Source: Paraspadella gotoi (taxonomy: Eukaryota; Animalia; Chaetognatha). From it: DNA of 64,000 bases. Positions 15,901 through 38,107 of the stretch are shown here, one piece after another. Both the position numbers and the translations under genes were made by a program. The first letter of the stretch is position 1; each line of letters starts with the position of its first letter. Location: positions 26,125,011 to 26,189,010 of the forward strand of contig CM119264.1 of assembly GCA_051294375.1 (NCBI GenBank), read 5' to 3'. The notes below the pieces were generated by a model, which saw only the letters and a list, made by a program, of their open reading frames with translations, was not told where the DNA came from and did no database searches.

Positions 15901-17106
15901 GTTTCTGCAAGGAAGACGCAAACCGTGCCTCGGTCTTTGGGGCAAAACGAGGGACGAACCCTGAGAGAGACTCTGGATTATTCTTTCGACTGTTCCTTCT
16001 CTTCTTTCTTTTCTTAGACTCTTCAATCGGATAGCAAATCTTTCGCGTCTCCGTGTGCTTCTTTTATATGTTTTAATATTAATACCTAATATTAAGCATT
16101 AAACTGAGTTACGTTTAGTGCTTCACTGAAATAAAATTTTAGACGATCCGTGAAAAAATTTTCAAAAGATATACACATTATCTGAATAACTTCTATCATC
16201 TACATTACTTTTTGACAATTAACAAAGTTGTATTTGAAATAAATATGAAGTACTTTAATTTTATGGTATTTTATGGTGATTTTCGTTATTTTTTTATAAA
16301 TAAATTTTTTACACTACGGTTCTCAGCGGCCATATTTTCCACTTCCGTCGATGTTTTCGAGATAAAATTTTAAATTCTTTTGTTGTTATTTTTTTAGGCG
16401 ACGAAATTTTATTTTTATGCTTTGTTGCGTTGCATTAATAGTTTACACCGCCTCAGCACTTGGAAAATGTTTGAATTGAAATAAATTTTACAAATTTAAA
16501 CTTTACGAAATAATGACGAAATAATTTTCTTGACTTTTTTGTTCATTATGACTTCGAACAGAAATGAATTTAAATGTTCTTAACAAATGTTGTTCTATTT
16601 ACTAGAGATCAAATTTCTATTCTTTTTTCCTTTATTTTTAAAAATATTTTCCTCCTTTTTTAAATCCCTTTTTTCCTTTTTTTCCAGCACTTTTTCGCCT
16701 TTTTATTTCCCTTGTCCACTTCGCAGTCTCTCTCTCCTCTCTCTCTCCTCTCTCATCTCTTCTCTCTCTCGTCTCTCTCTCTCTCTCCTCTCTCTCTCTC
16801 GTTTCCATTTTCCCTCCCGAGTCGAAGTCGAAGTCTCCCTCCCCTCGATTTTTCCTTCCCCCGAAAAAAAGTTGAATGAAAGCAAGAAAGAGTAATAACG
16901 CTCCTTTCATGGTCTTTCTATTCCTTTTTTTTTTGGCCCGTCACCCCGCTCAGAAATGTTTTTCCTTTTTCCTTACCCGCGAGAAAATTCTTAAACGTCG
17001 TCTCTCTCTCTCTGTACTTCCGTCCTCTCTCTGCGGATGACGTTTCGAGACTTACCCATTCGTTTAAGATTTTTATCTCTCTCCTCTCTCTCTCTCTCTC
17101 TCTCTT

Positions 17107-17236
<130 letters not shown>

Positions 17237-17326
17237 TTTCTCTCCTACATCCCCATCACTCTCAGGGATTAAATTCTTCTTAACGCCTCCCTATAAATTA
17301 TCCTTCCCCCGGGAGAATAAATATCT

Positions 17327-17351
17327 NNNNNNNNNNNNNNNNNNNNNNNNN
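17327..17351. other. Assembly gap, 25 N
   Basis: Run of exactly 25 N between the two copies of block B. Confidence 1.
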
Positions 17352-17904
17352 CCCTCCCTTAAGGATTTTCTGAGTCCATTTTCACAATCCCCCACCCAAA
17401 CATAACCAGGTCGGCCCTCTCACAAACTGGTTCACAAACTGTTTCGCCACTCGCGCGTAATTTTCAATCGGTCTGAGAGTCGTTGCTCAAACACCAGACT
17501 AAACTACCACCCCTGGCGCCACTACCTTTTCACCCAACCACTTAGCCACCTAACCACTCGCTCCCTCCCAACCGGACGAAATTAACGAGTCGCCCATAAA
17601 ATAGTCGGATGGAAATTGAAACGGAGTCTCTCTCTCTCTCTCTTCCTCTCTCTCTCTCTCCCTCGCGTCGGCGTCGAGGGAATTCGTGTCGCTGCGCAGT
17701 AAAATTGACCACCTGGTTACGCGGGCGCTTTATTCCTTTTACATTCCCTCCGCCGTTTTGCGGAAAGAGGGAGGGGGTTGTGGAAGGGGGGATGGAAGAG
17801 AAGGGTGTGGAAGACTAAAGGGAGAAAAGTGACTCACCTAATTTGGGATAAAACGGAAGGGGGAGGAAGAGGGAGGAAGAGGGAGGAAGAGAGAGAAGGG
17901 AGAG
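17352..17904 (+). repeat. Third, partial copy of block B interior (matches 11727-12281 and ~21918-22477)
   Basis: The 'MEIETESLSL...' ORF appears three times (11987, 17609, 22181). Confidence 0.95.
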
Positions 17905-17971
17905 TGGCTCCGGGAAAAGACCCCGGGGCAAAAAACCAAACCCCAAAAAGAAACCCGGTTTGGCTTTGGGG

Positions 17972-27612
<9,641 letters not shown>

Positions 27613-28310
27613 CAGTTCCTCCGCCTACGAAGTTCGAGTACTATAAACTTTGTTTCCTCGCCGACTAAATATGGGAGCGCCCAAAGTACTAACCCACCTT
27701 TTCCTTATGACTTTTCGCGCTAAAATTCTCAAAAAAAATTTTTGGTTGTTTTTTTCTCCAGACGGAAAAACAACTGAATTTATGAATTTATGACAATTTA
27801 TGACCAGAAAATGGGTGTACATAAAAAACCTCGCATTAATTCCACGTTCTATTTAAAACTGTCCAAGCCCCGGATGCCTAACATGATTTGGCCATTTTTG
27901 GCCATTTCGACAGATTCATACCCGTTTCGAACGGCATGCTACTCTTGTCATCCAATCTCAGCACTGGCCAACAATCTGATATCACTTCCATGCGATTTTG
28001 ATGCTTTTCTTCTTAAATCCACTTTAAACACAGATGTGTTTTTGTAAACTCATAAATCCCAACCGCTCAATCCAATTTAAAATGAAGTACCACTACCCAG
28101 CGAACCGCCCCAAGCGCCCCAGCCGCTCTAGCAGCCCAGAAGCTCCAACCACTTCAACGGCCCCACGTAGTTGGGCCATCTTGGCGGTAAATCTTTCATT
28201 TCTCTCAGGACAAAATAAACCTGTCAAGTTCCCACCTTTGAATTTCTTGATTATAGGAGAAGATGTTTCAACTTGCCATGACGGAAAGAAGACCGGACAC
28301 GGGGCTATTC

Positions 28311-28369
<59 letters not shown>

Positions 28370-28383
<14 letters not shown>

Positions 28384-29387
28384 TCGTCTCTCGTCTCTGT
28401 CTGCTTTGGTTTTTTATATATAGCTAAGTCTTGATGTTGTTTAACTAAAAAGCGACAACGGCCAGGATTTTTTTCTCGAATTATTAAATCGCTCTGACAC
28501 GAGCTCTCCATCCAATTCTCTCTCTCTCTCTCTCTCTTCTCATCAACATCATTTATAACTCATGCATTCGTCGTTTCTATTTTCGACGAGTGCTCCCCCC
28601 CACTTCTCCATCGTCTCTCCCTCCTTTCTCTCCCCCTCCTCTCCCATTTTGCCATTGATTCCGAATTCGAATAGACGGGCAGATGGCGCGAGAGACGAGT
28701 CCGCTATTTCGACCGTTGCTCTTTTATTATCTTTGTTCAATTTGCGTTTTGTTTTTTTGTTTTGTGTTTTTTTTTGTTTTTTGTTTTATTTTCATATTTT
28801 TATACTTGATTATTATTTTTTATTGTTAACTTTTAACAGTTTTCACTCTCATATATTTGTTTTCTTTCCTTTTTAGTCTCCCAAAATTTCTCTAGAGTCA
28901 TTCCCTTACCACTTTTCGGAAAACCATTTTTATATGGACTAATCTCCGACGCACAAAATTTACAAATCATACATACTTCCCTCAAAAACATGAATAAATA
29001 AGATATAAAGTATTATTAAGTTTTATTATTCGCATTCATTTTTTTTCCTCTTTCAATCGTCGCCATTTTTTTTTCCTCCTCCAACGACGCTTATCCCCTT
29101 TCCATTCATCCTTGATGGCGGCCTTAGTCCTATCATTTTTCTCCTCTCTTTTCTTTTTTTTTTCTCTTCTCTCTATTTCCTCTTTCCCGATTCTTTTCTT
29201 TTTTTTTTACGATAATAAACGGGCGACTTTCTTTTCTTCGAAAATGGCGGCCGCGACGACGACGACGACGACGACGACGATATAAACATCGATAACGAGA
29301 CGAGCGTCGCATTTCTGTCCCATTGGTTCAGTCTCTCGCTCAGCGGGCGCCCCTTGTTATCACTTCTTCTCTCTCCTTTCCTCTTCT

Positions 29388-29464
<77 letters not shown>

Positions 29465-30194
29465 CTCTTTTCTCTCTGGGGTCGTTGTTATGATGCCGAA
29501 AGCAAACGAGTCCCCTTTCTGAAAATAAGTTGCTTAACCAACCGCCGCCGCCGCCGCCGCTATCACCTGTTTGTTGTGATGACAAAAATATCCCCCTTCT
29601 TCGTTGTTGTTGCGTTGCCCATGTGCGATCGCAAGAAGGTAAGGGAGAGACTGACCTTTTATTTCTGTCGCCTCTGTCCTAGACAGAGGAATCATTAAGG
29701 GAGAACATAAAAACCCCGTCTCATCACATCGGACACTTCGGACACATTGGAACACATTTTTATGATTACTTCGAGAACATTTATTTATTCTCTTTTATAT
29801 GCTTGTTAAAAATTTTCGGCGTTAAGTTTTTAGATAGTTTAGTTTTCAATGTTAATAATCAGATTTTTTTTCCATTTAATTTTAGTTAGTTTTACAAATT
29901 TTTAGTTAGTTACTTATTTTAGTTATTTTAACCATGTTTAGTTAGTTAGTTAATCGTTTCAAAGGCTTCTATTTTGAATTTACAATAAGTCGCGGTTCAT
30001 TTTTGGCTCCTAAACGCTGAGCGCCGCATCTGTAACATTAAATAAGGATTCTAAAGGAGACTAGTAAAAGTCAAGTGGTTTAATTTTTAAGTAAGAAGTA
30101 AAAATGTTTAAAAGAATAATTTTTTTTTAAGCGTCGCAACAGATTGACTAAACACAACAATGAAGAGAAGGCTATTCCGCTCGTGCTTTAACCC
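28370..30194 (+). repeat. Duplicated block C, copy 1 (matches 39231-41010)
   Basis: Colinear up to 'gaaggctattcc.ctcgtgcttta'. Confidence 0.95.
29061..29480. promoter_or_regulatory. Cluster of YY1/PHO-type motifs next to (CT)n GAGA tracts (PRE/promoter-like)
   Basis: CGCCATTTT at 29061, GATGGCGGCC at 29114, AAAATGGCGGCCGC at 29241, then (GAC)n and (CT)n. Motif match only. Confidence 0.25.
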
Positions 30195-33100
30195 CACTAT
30201 GAAGCCATAGAAGGTGACAGCAGAAAATTTCATACAGCCTCGCTACCCCACCTGTAACCACTACAGCTATGAAGCCATAGTAAGGTGGACAGCAGAAATT
30301 TCATACAGCCTGCTTAAACCCACCTGTACCACTACACTATGAAGCCATAGTAAGCGTGGACAGGCAGAAAAATTTCATACAGCCTCGCTACCCACCTGAT
30401 AACCACTACACTATGAAGCCATAGTAAAGTGGACAGCAGAAAATTTCATACAGCCTCGCTACCACCTTAACCACTACACTATGAAAGCCATAGTAAGGTG
30501 GACACAGAAAATTCCAACAGCCCTCGCTACCACACTCTGTAACACTAACCAGAAGCCATAGTAAGGTGGACAGCAAAGAAGAATTTCATACAGCCCCTCG
30601 CTACCCACCTGTAACCACCTCACTAGAAGCCATAGTAAGGTGGACAGCAAAAATTCATACAGCCTCGCTCCGCACCTGTAACCACTACAACTAATGAAGC
30701 CCATAGTAAAGGTGGACAGCAGAAATTTTCATACACCTCGCTACCCACCTGTAACCACCTACATATGAAGCCATAGTAAGGTGACAGCAGAAAATTCATA
30801 TCAGACCTCGCTAACCCCACCTGTAACCAACAACTATGAAAACCATAGTAGGAGTGACAGCAGAAAATTTCATACAGCCTCGCTACCCACCTTTAACCAC
30901 TACAACTATGAAGCCATAGTAAGGGTGGACAGCAGAAAATTTCATTATCAGCCTCGCTACCACCTGTAACCACTACACTATGAAGCCATAGTAAGGTGGA
31001 CAGCAGAAAATTTCAAATACAGCCTCGCTACCCACCACCTGTAACCACATACCTATGAAGCCATAGTAAGGTGGACAGCAGAAATTTATACAGCCATCGC
31101 ACCCACCTGTACCACTACACTATGAAGCCATAGTAAGGTGGACAGCAGAAATTTTCATAACGCCTCGCTACCCAACCTGTAACCGACTACACTATGAAGC
31201 CCATGTAAGGTGGACAGCAGAAAATTTCATACAGCCTCGCGTACCTCCCTGTAACCACTACACTATGAAGCCATAGTAAGGTGGACAGCAGGAAATTTCA
31301 TACACCTCGCATACCCAACCTGTAACCACTACACATGAAAGCCATAGTAAGGTGGACAGCAGAAAATTTCATACAGCCTCGCCTACCTCACCTGTAAACC
31401 ACTACACTATGAAGCCATAGTAAGGTGACAGCAAGAAAATTTCATACAGCCTCCAACCCACCTGTACCACTAACAACTATGAACCATAGTAAAGGTGGAC
31501 AGCAGAAAATTTCATACAGCCTCGCTACCCACCTGTAACCCACTACACTAGAAGCCATAGTAAGGTGGACAGCAGAAAATTTCATACAGCCGTCGCTACC
31601 GCACCTGTAACCACTAACATATAAGCCATAGTAAAGGTGGACAAGCCAGAAAATTTCATACAGCCTCGCTAAACCTTCCACCTTAACCATTACCACTATG
31701 ACCATAGTAAGGTGACAGCAGAAAATTTCAATACAGCCTCGCTACCTCACCTGTAACCACTACACTATGAAAGCCATAGTAAGGTGGACAGCAGAAATTT
31801 CAGTACAAGCCTCGCTACCCACCTGTAACCACCTACACTATGAAGCCATAGTAAGGTGGACAGCAGAAAATTTCATAACAGCCTCGCTACGCACCTGTTA
31901 ACCACTACACTATGAAGCCATAGTAGTGGACAGAGTAAAGAATTTCATACAGCCTCGCTACCCACCGTAACCTACTACACTATGAAGCCATTAGTAAGGT
32001 TGGATCAGCAGAAATCCATAACAGCCTCAGCTAACCACCTGTAACCATACAACTATGAAGCCATAGAAGGGTGGACCAGCAGAAAATTTCATACAGCCTC
32101 GCACCCCCACCCTGTAACCACTACACATGAAGCCATAGTAAAGTGTGACATCAAAAATTTCATACAGCTCGCCACCCACCTTAACCACTACACAGAAAGC
32201 CATAGTAAGGTGGACAGCAAAAATTCATACCCGCTACCCACACTGTAACCACTACACTATGAACCATAAGTAAGGTGGACAGCAGAAAATCATACAGCCT
32301 CGCTACCCCACCTGTACCATACACTATAACCATAAGTAAGTGGACAGCAAGAAAAATTTCACATACAGCTCGCTACCCCACACTGTAACCACTACAACTA
32401 TAAGCCATAAGTAAGGTGACAGCAGAAAAATTCAATACAGCCTCGCTACCCACCTGTAACCACTACACTATGAAGCCATAGTAAGGTGGACAGCAGAAAA
32501 TTTCATCAGCCCGTAAACCCACCTGTAACCACTACACTATGAAGCCCATAGTAAGGTGGACAGCAGACATTTCATACAGCCTCGCTACCCACCTGTAACC
32601 ACTACACTATGAAGCCATAGTAAGGTGGAAGCAAAATTTCATAACAGCCTCGCTACCACCTGTACCACTACACTATAACAGCCATAGTAAGGTGACAGCA
32701 GAAAATTTCATACAGCCTCGCTACCCACCCGAACCACTACACATGAAAGCCATAGTAAGTGGACAGCAGTAAAATTTCAATACAGCCCTCGCTACCCACC
32801 TGTACCACTAACACTAATAAGCCCATAGTAAGGTGGACCAGCAGAAAATTTCATACAGCCTCGCTAACCCACCTGTTAAACCACTAACACTATGAAGCCA
32901 TAGTAAGGTGGACAAGCAGAAAATTTCATACAGACTCGCTACCCCACCTGTAACCACTACACTATGAAGCCATAGTAAGGTGGACAGCAGAAAATTCAAT
33001 ACAGCCCTCGCTACCACCTGTAACCACTACACTATGAAGCCATATAAGGTGGAAAGCAGAAAATTTCATAACAGCCTCGCTAACCCACCTGTAACCACTA

Positions 33101-35980
33101 CAACTATGAGCCATAGTAAGGTGGACAGAGCAGAAAATTCATCAACAGCCTCGCTACCCACCTGTAACCACTAACAGGAAGCCATAGTAAAGTGGGAACA
33201 GCAGAAAATTTCATACAGCCCTCGCACCACCTGTAACCCACTACACTATGAAGCCAATAGTAAGGTGGACAGCCAAAATTCATACACCTCGCTACCCACA
33301 CTGTAACCACTTACACCTATGGAGCCATAGTAGGTGGACAGCAGAAAATTCATACAGCCTCGCTACCCACCTGTAACACAACTATGAAGCCATAGTAAAG
33401 GTGAACAGCAGAAAATTTCATACAGCCTCGCTACCCACCTGTAAACCACTAACACTATGAAGCCATAGTAAGGTGGACAGCAGAAAATTTCATACAGCCT
33501 CGCTACCGCACTGTAACCACTACACTATAAGCCATAGTAAGGTGACAGCAAAATATTTCATATCATTCTCGTCTACTCTCACTCTGTATATCCATCTACA
33601 CTAGAGTCCATAGTAAGGTGAACAGCAGAAAATTTCAAAATCAGCCTCGCTAACCGCACCTGTAACCATACACTATGAAGCCCATAGTAAGGTGGACAGC
33701 AGAAAATTTCATACAGCTCGCTACCCCCACCTGTAACCACACATATGAGCCTATAGTAAGGTGACAGCAAGAAAATTTCATACAGCCTCGCTTACCCACC
33801 TGTAACCACTACACTAATGAAGCCATAGTAAGGTGACAGCAGAAAATTTCATACAGCCTGCTACCCACTGTAACCACTACACTATGAAGCATAGTAAAGG
33901 TGACAGCAGAAGAAAATTTCATACACCTCCGCTACCCACCTGTAAACCCTACACTATGAAGCCATAGTAAGGTGACAGCAGAAAATTTCATACAGCCTCG
34001 CTACCCGCACGCTGTACCACACACTATGAAGGCCTAGTAAGGTGGACAGCAGAAAATTTATACAGCCTCGCTACCACCTGTAACCCTACACACTTGAAGC
34101 CATAGTAAAGGTGGACAGCAGAAAATTTTCATACAGCCTCGCTACCCCACCTGTAACCACTACACTATAAGCCATAGTAAGGTGGACAGCAGAAAATTTC
34201 AGAGCAGCCTCGCTACCCAACCTGTAACACACTACACATGAAGCCATAGTAAGGTGGACAGCAGAAAAATTCATACAGCCCTCCTGCTACCCACCTGTAA
34301 CCACTACATCTAATGAAGCCATAGTAAAAGTGACAGCAGATAATTTATACAGCCTCGCACCGGCACCCTTAACCACTACACTATGAAGCCATAGTAAGGT
34401 TGACAGCAGAAAATTTCAATACAGCCTCGCTACCAACCTGTAACCATACAACTATGAAGCCCAATAGTAAGGTGGACAGCAGAAAATTTCATACAGCCTC
34501 GCTACCCACCTGTAACCACTACAACTATGAAGCATAGTAAGTGGACAGCAAGAAAATTTCAATACAGCCTCCTACCCACTCTGTACACTACACTATGACC
34601 ATAGTAAGGTGGAAAGACAGCAGAAATTTCATACAGCCTCGCTACCCACCTGTAACCACTACACTATGAAACATAGTAAGGTGGACAAGCAGAAAATTTC
34701 ATAACAGCCTCGCTACCCACCTGTAACCCTACACTATGAAGCCATAGTAGGTGCAGCAAGAAAATTTCATAACAGCCTCGCTACCCCCACCTGTAACCAC
34801 TACACTAATGAAGCCATAGTAAGGTGGACAGCAAAAAATTTCATACAGCCTCGCTACCCATCCTGTAACCACTACAACTATGAGCCATAGTAAGGTGGAC
34901 AGCAGAAAATTTCATACAGCCCGCTACCGCCACCTGTAAACCACTACATCTATGAGCCATTAGTAAGGTGACAGCAGAAAATTTTCATACCAGCCTCGCT
35001 ACCACCTGTAACCACTACACTAATTAAGCCATAGTAAGGTGACAGGCAGAAATTTCATACACCTCGCTACCCACTGTAACCACTACACTATAAAGCCATA
35101 GTAAAGGTGGACAGCAAGAAAAATTTCATACAGCCGCGCTACCCACCTGAACCACTACACTATGAAGCCATAGTAAGTGGACAGCAGAAAATTTCAAATA
35201 CAGCCTCGCTAACCCACCTTAACCACTAACACTATGAATGCCATAGTAAGTGGACAAGCAAAAATTTCATACAGCCCTCGCTACCCACCTGTAACCACTA
35301 CACATGAAGCCATATGTAAGAGTGGAACAGAAAGAAAATTTTCAATACAGAGCCTCGCTACCATCACCGTAACCACTACACTATGAAGCCATAGTAAGAG
35401 GTGGACAGCAGAAAATTCAATACAAGCCCTCGCTACCCACCTGACCAACTACACTATGAAAAGCCATAGTAAGGGTGGACAGCAGAAATTTCATACAGCC
35501 TCGCTACCACCGTAACACACACTATGAACCATAGTAAGCGTGACAGCAAAAATTTCAACAGCTCGCTACCCACCTGTAACCACTAACACTATGAAGCCAT
35601 AGTAAGGTGGACAGCAGAAAATTTCAATACAGCCTCGCTACCCACCTGTACCACTACACTATGAGCCATAGTAAGGTGGACAGCAAGAAAATTTCATCAC
35701 AGGCCTCCTACCCACCTGTAACAACTACACTAATGAAGCCATAGTAAAGTGGACAGCAGAAAAATTTCAATACAGCTCGCTACCCCACCCCACCTGACAC
35801 TAACACTAACTATGAAGCCATAGAAGGGAGCCAAGCAAAAATTATCACAGCCCTGCTACCACCTGTAAACCACTACACTATGAAGCCATATAAAAGGTGG
35901 ACAGCAGATAAGAATTCATACAGCCTCGCTAACCCACCTGTAACCACTACACTATGAAGCCATAGTAAGGTGCAGCAGAA
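30195..35980. repeat. Tandem array of a 70-bp unit, roughly 80 copies
   Basis: Consensus tatgaagccatagtaaggtggacagcagaaaatttcatacagcctcgctacccacctgtaaccactacac; all copies head-to-tail; copy-to-copy variation is mostly scattered 1-2-bp indels. Confidence 0.99.
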
Positions 35981-36824
35981 TCCGCGCTAAAGTTCTAAAT
36001 GCATTGCCACCAACCCACCCCACCTCCAATAATTTGTTTTGATTTTATCTAATTACAAAAAGCTTTATCCTTGAACTTGTTGATTGAAAAGTAATTGCTA
36101 TACCACTATTTGCTTTGAAGTCATCTTCATTCTATTATGGGTTTTAAATGTTAAATGCATATCAATTAATTAGTCATTCTCTATAACATGTAGTTCCTAA
36201 GATTTTTTTTTATTCTTCATTTCTTAAAAATATAATACTACAATATGCAAAATTAGAGTTAAAATACTCAAAGGTTTTTAAATAATGCAAAATACAGTCA
36301 GAGAAAATTTTTATTTACACGTAAATATTAAGAAATGGATAATACTAAAAATTGTAAAAATTTCCAATTGTAACAATTGTAACATTTTTTTCCTTTCTTT
36401 TAATTTCTTTAAATATATATAAATTTTTCTTCTTATTTTTTGTCAGTTGCTGCCTTTCTAAACCCTTAAGAAACAAGTTCAGGCTCTGCAGTGACTGTTC
36501 AGCTGCCTTCCAGCGGCTGTCCAGCTATCTCTGTTTCTTGTCTGTCTTTTCTCTTTCTGTCTCTCTCTCCTCTGTACGATCCTCTTTGCGTGATCGTTTT
36601 TTTAAAAAAAATTGAATATTTTTTCCTTTTAAAAACCCTTTCTATTAATCGCCCATTTATTTCCCGATTTTTCCTCCAATGCAAAATCCCAAATCACATC
36701 CGAAGATTTTCGTGGATTTATTCAACTTCTTTCTCTCTCTCTTTCATCTCTCCTCTCTTTCTCTCTATCTTTCACTCAAACCACGGCATTTGCTTGTTTT
36801 TATTTATGATGTTGATTCTATGGA

Positions 36825-37080
36825 GTCAATGAATGACTATCATCCATCAATGAAATGACATCATCTTATCAATGAATGATTATCATCACATTCAATGAAT
36901 GACTATCCATTGCCATCAACCATTTGGTTATTATCACATCAATCAATTGGTAAACAAAAATCGATCATTTGGTGAATCATCGCATCAATTATTGGTTATC
37001 ATTCGCATCAGATATTCCGGTTATCATCGGCATCAATCATTTGTTTATCAATCGCACCAATATTTTGGTTATCACACATT
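36825..37080 (+). repeat. Degenerate ~19-24-bp minisatellite (caatgaatgactatcat / atcaatcatttggttatcatcgc)
   Basis: Repeated short motifs seen directly. Confidence 0.7.
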
Positions 37081-37252
37081 GAAGGGAGGCCTCATCCTAT
37101 GTTCTTTTAAGATTTTTTTTCTCTCTTTCTGCTCTCTCTCTCTCTCTTTTTCTCTCTCTTTCTCTCTTTCTTCTCTTATGATATTCCAAAAGCAGAGGCT
37201 TAAAGTTTCCGAAATCTTTCTCTCTCCTCTCTCCTCTCTCTCCTCTCTCTCT

Positions 37253-37285
<33 letters not shown>

Positions 37286-38107
37286 CTTCTCTCTCTCTCT
37301 CTTTCTCTCCTCTCTCTGTCTCTCTCCTCCTCTCTCCTCTTCTCTCTTTTCTCCCTTCTGATTAGTCCAATAAACGAGCAAGCGGCTGATAGTTACGTCA
37401 AATCTCCTTATTCCTCATCTCTCTCTTTCTCTCGTCTCTCTATATCTCTCTTCTCTCTCTCTTTTCTCTCTCCTGTTTCTCTCCTCTCCTCCTTTTCGTC
37501 GCCTCGCAACTTCTTAGTTAATTATATAGAAATAAAAATTTCGGATTTACATAAACTAGTCTACCTTGCAAGTCAGATTTCTTTCTTAAAACGAAAACCG
37601 CAAAAAACCGTAAAACAACAGGGGGTTATGTCTCAGACACCACCCCAGCCATTGAATGCCTTTTGAAGTTAAATTCGATGATCCTAAAATATCCCGACAA
37701 CTTAAAACTGAACTTAAGAAATCCTGGAGGCTCATTTCATTCTAAATCGACTTTGCCAACTTAATGGCCATCTGTATTGCAACTTTCATTCTAAAAATTA
37801 ATAAAGAATAATATGTCAAAAGAAAACCTTACGAAAGAGTTTGATTGATTATTAAAAAATATATAGTTTTTAATAAAATTAGTTATTTCTGAACGTGATA
37901 TAATGTTGTGGTAACCAAAACCTGCAATCAAAATTCAAATTTGCATCGCAAAGACCGCATGAAAATAAATAATCCGTACTAAGAAAAAAAAACGAAATAA
38001 CGTTTTAATAAAAGGCAAAGTGAATTTAAAGACAGAATTTGTCAAAAATCAATAGAAATCGCTAAAATGTGATGACATGACTTTTCCACGGTGTGGATAC
38101 AATCTGG

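Noticed and set aside
27790-28423. Two adjacent plus-strand ORFs (85 and 129 aa) in unique sequence
   Set aside because: No recognisable motif, and the second runs into a (CT)n tract. It may be a decayed TE fragment, but that is unsupported.
30195-35980. CRISPR array
   Set aside because: Units are contiguous with no unique spacers, there are no cas genes, and the context is eukaryotic.
30195-35980. Tandem tRNA genes or a repetitive protein ORF
   Set aside because: There is no B-box/T-arm or cloverleaf. The 70-bp unit is not a multiple of 3 and stops recur, so the short ORFs are frame-wandering translations.
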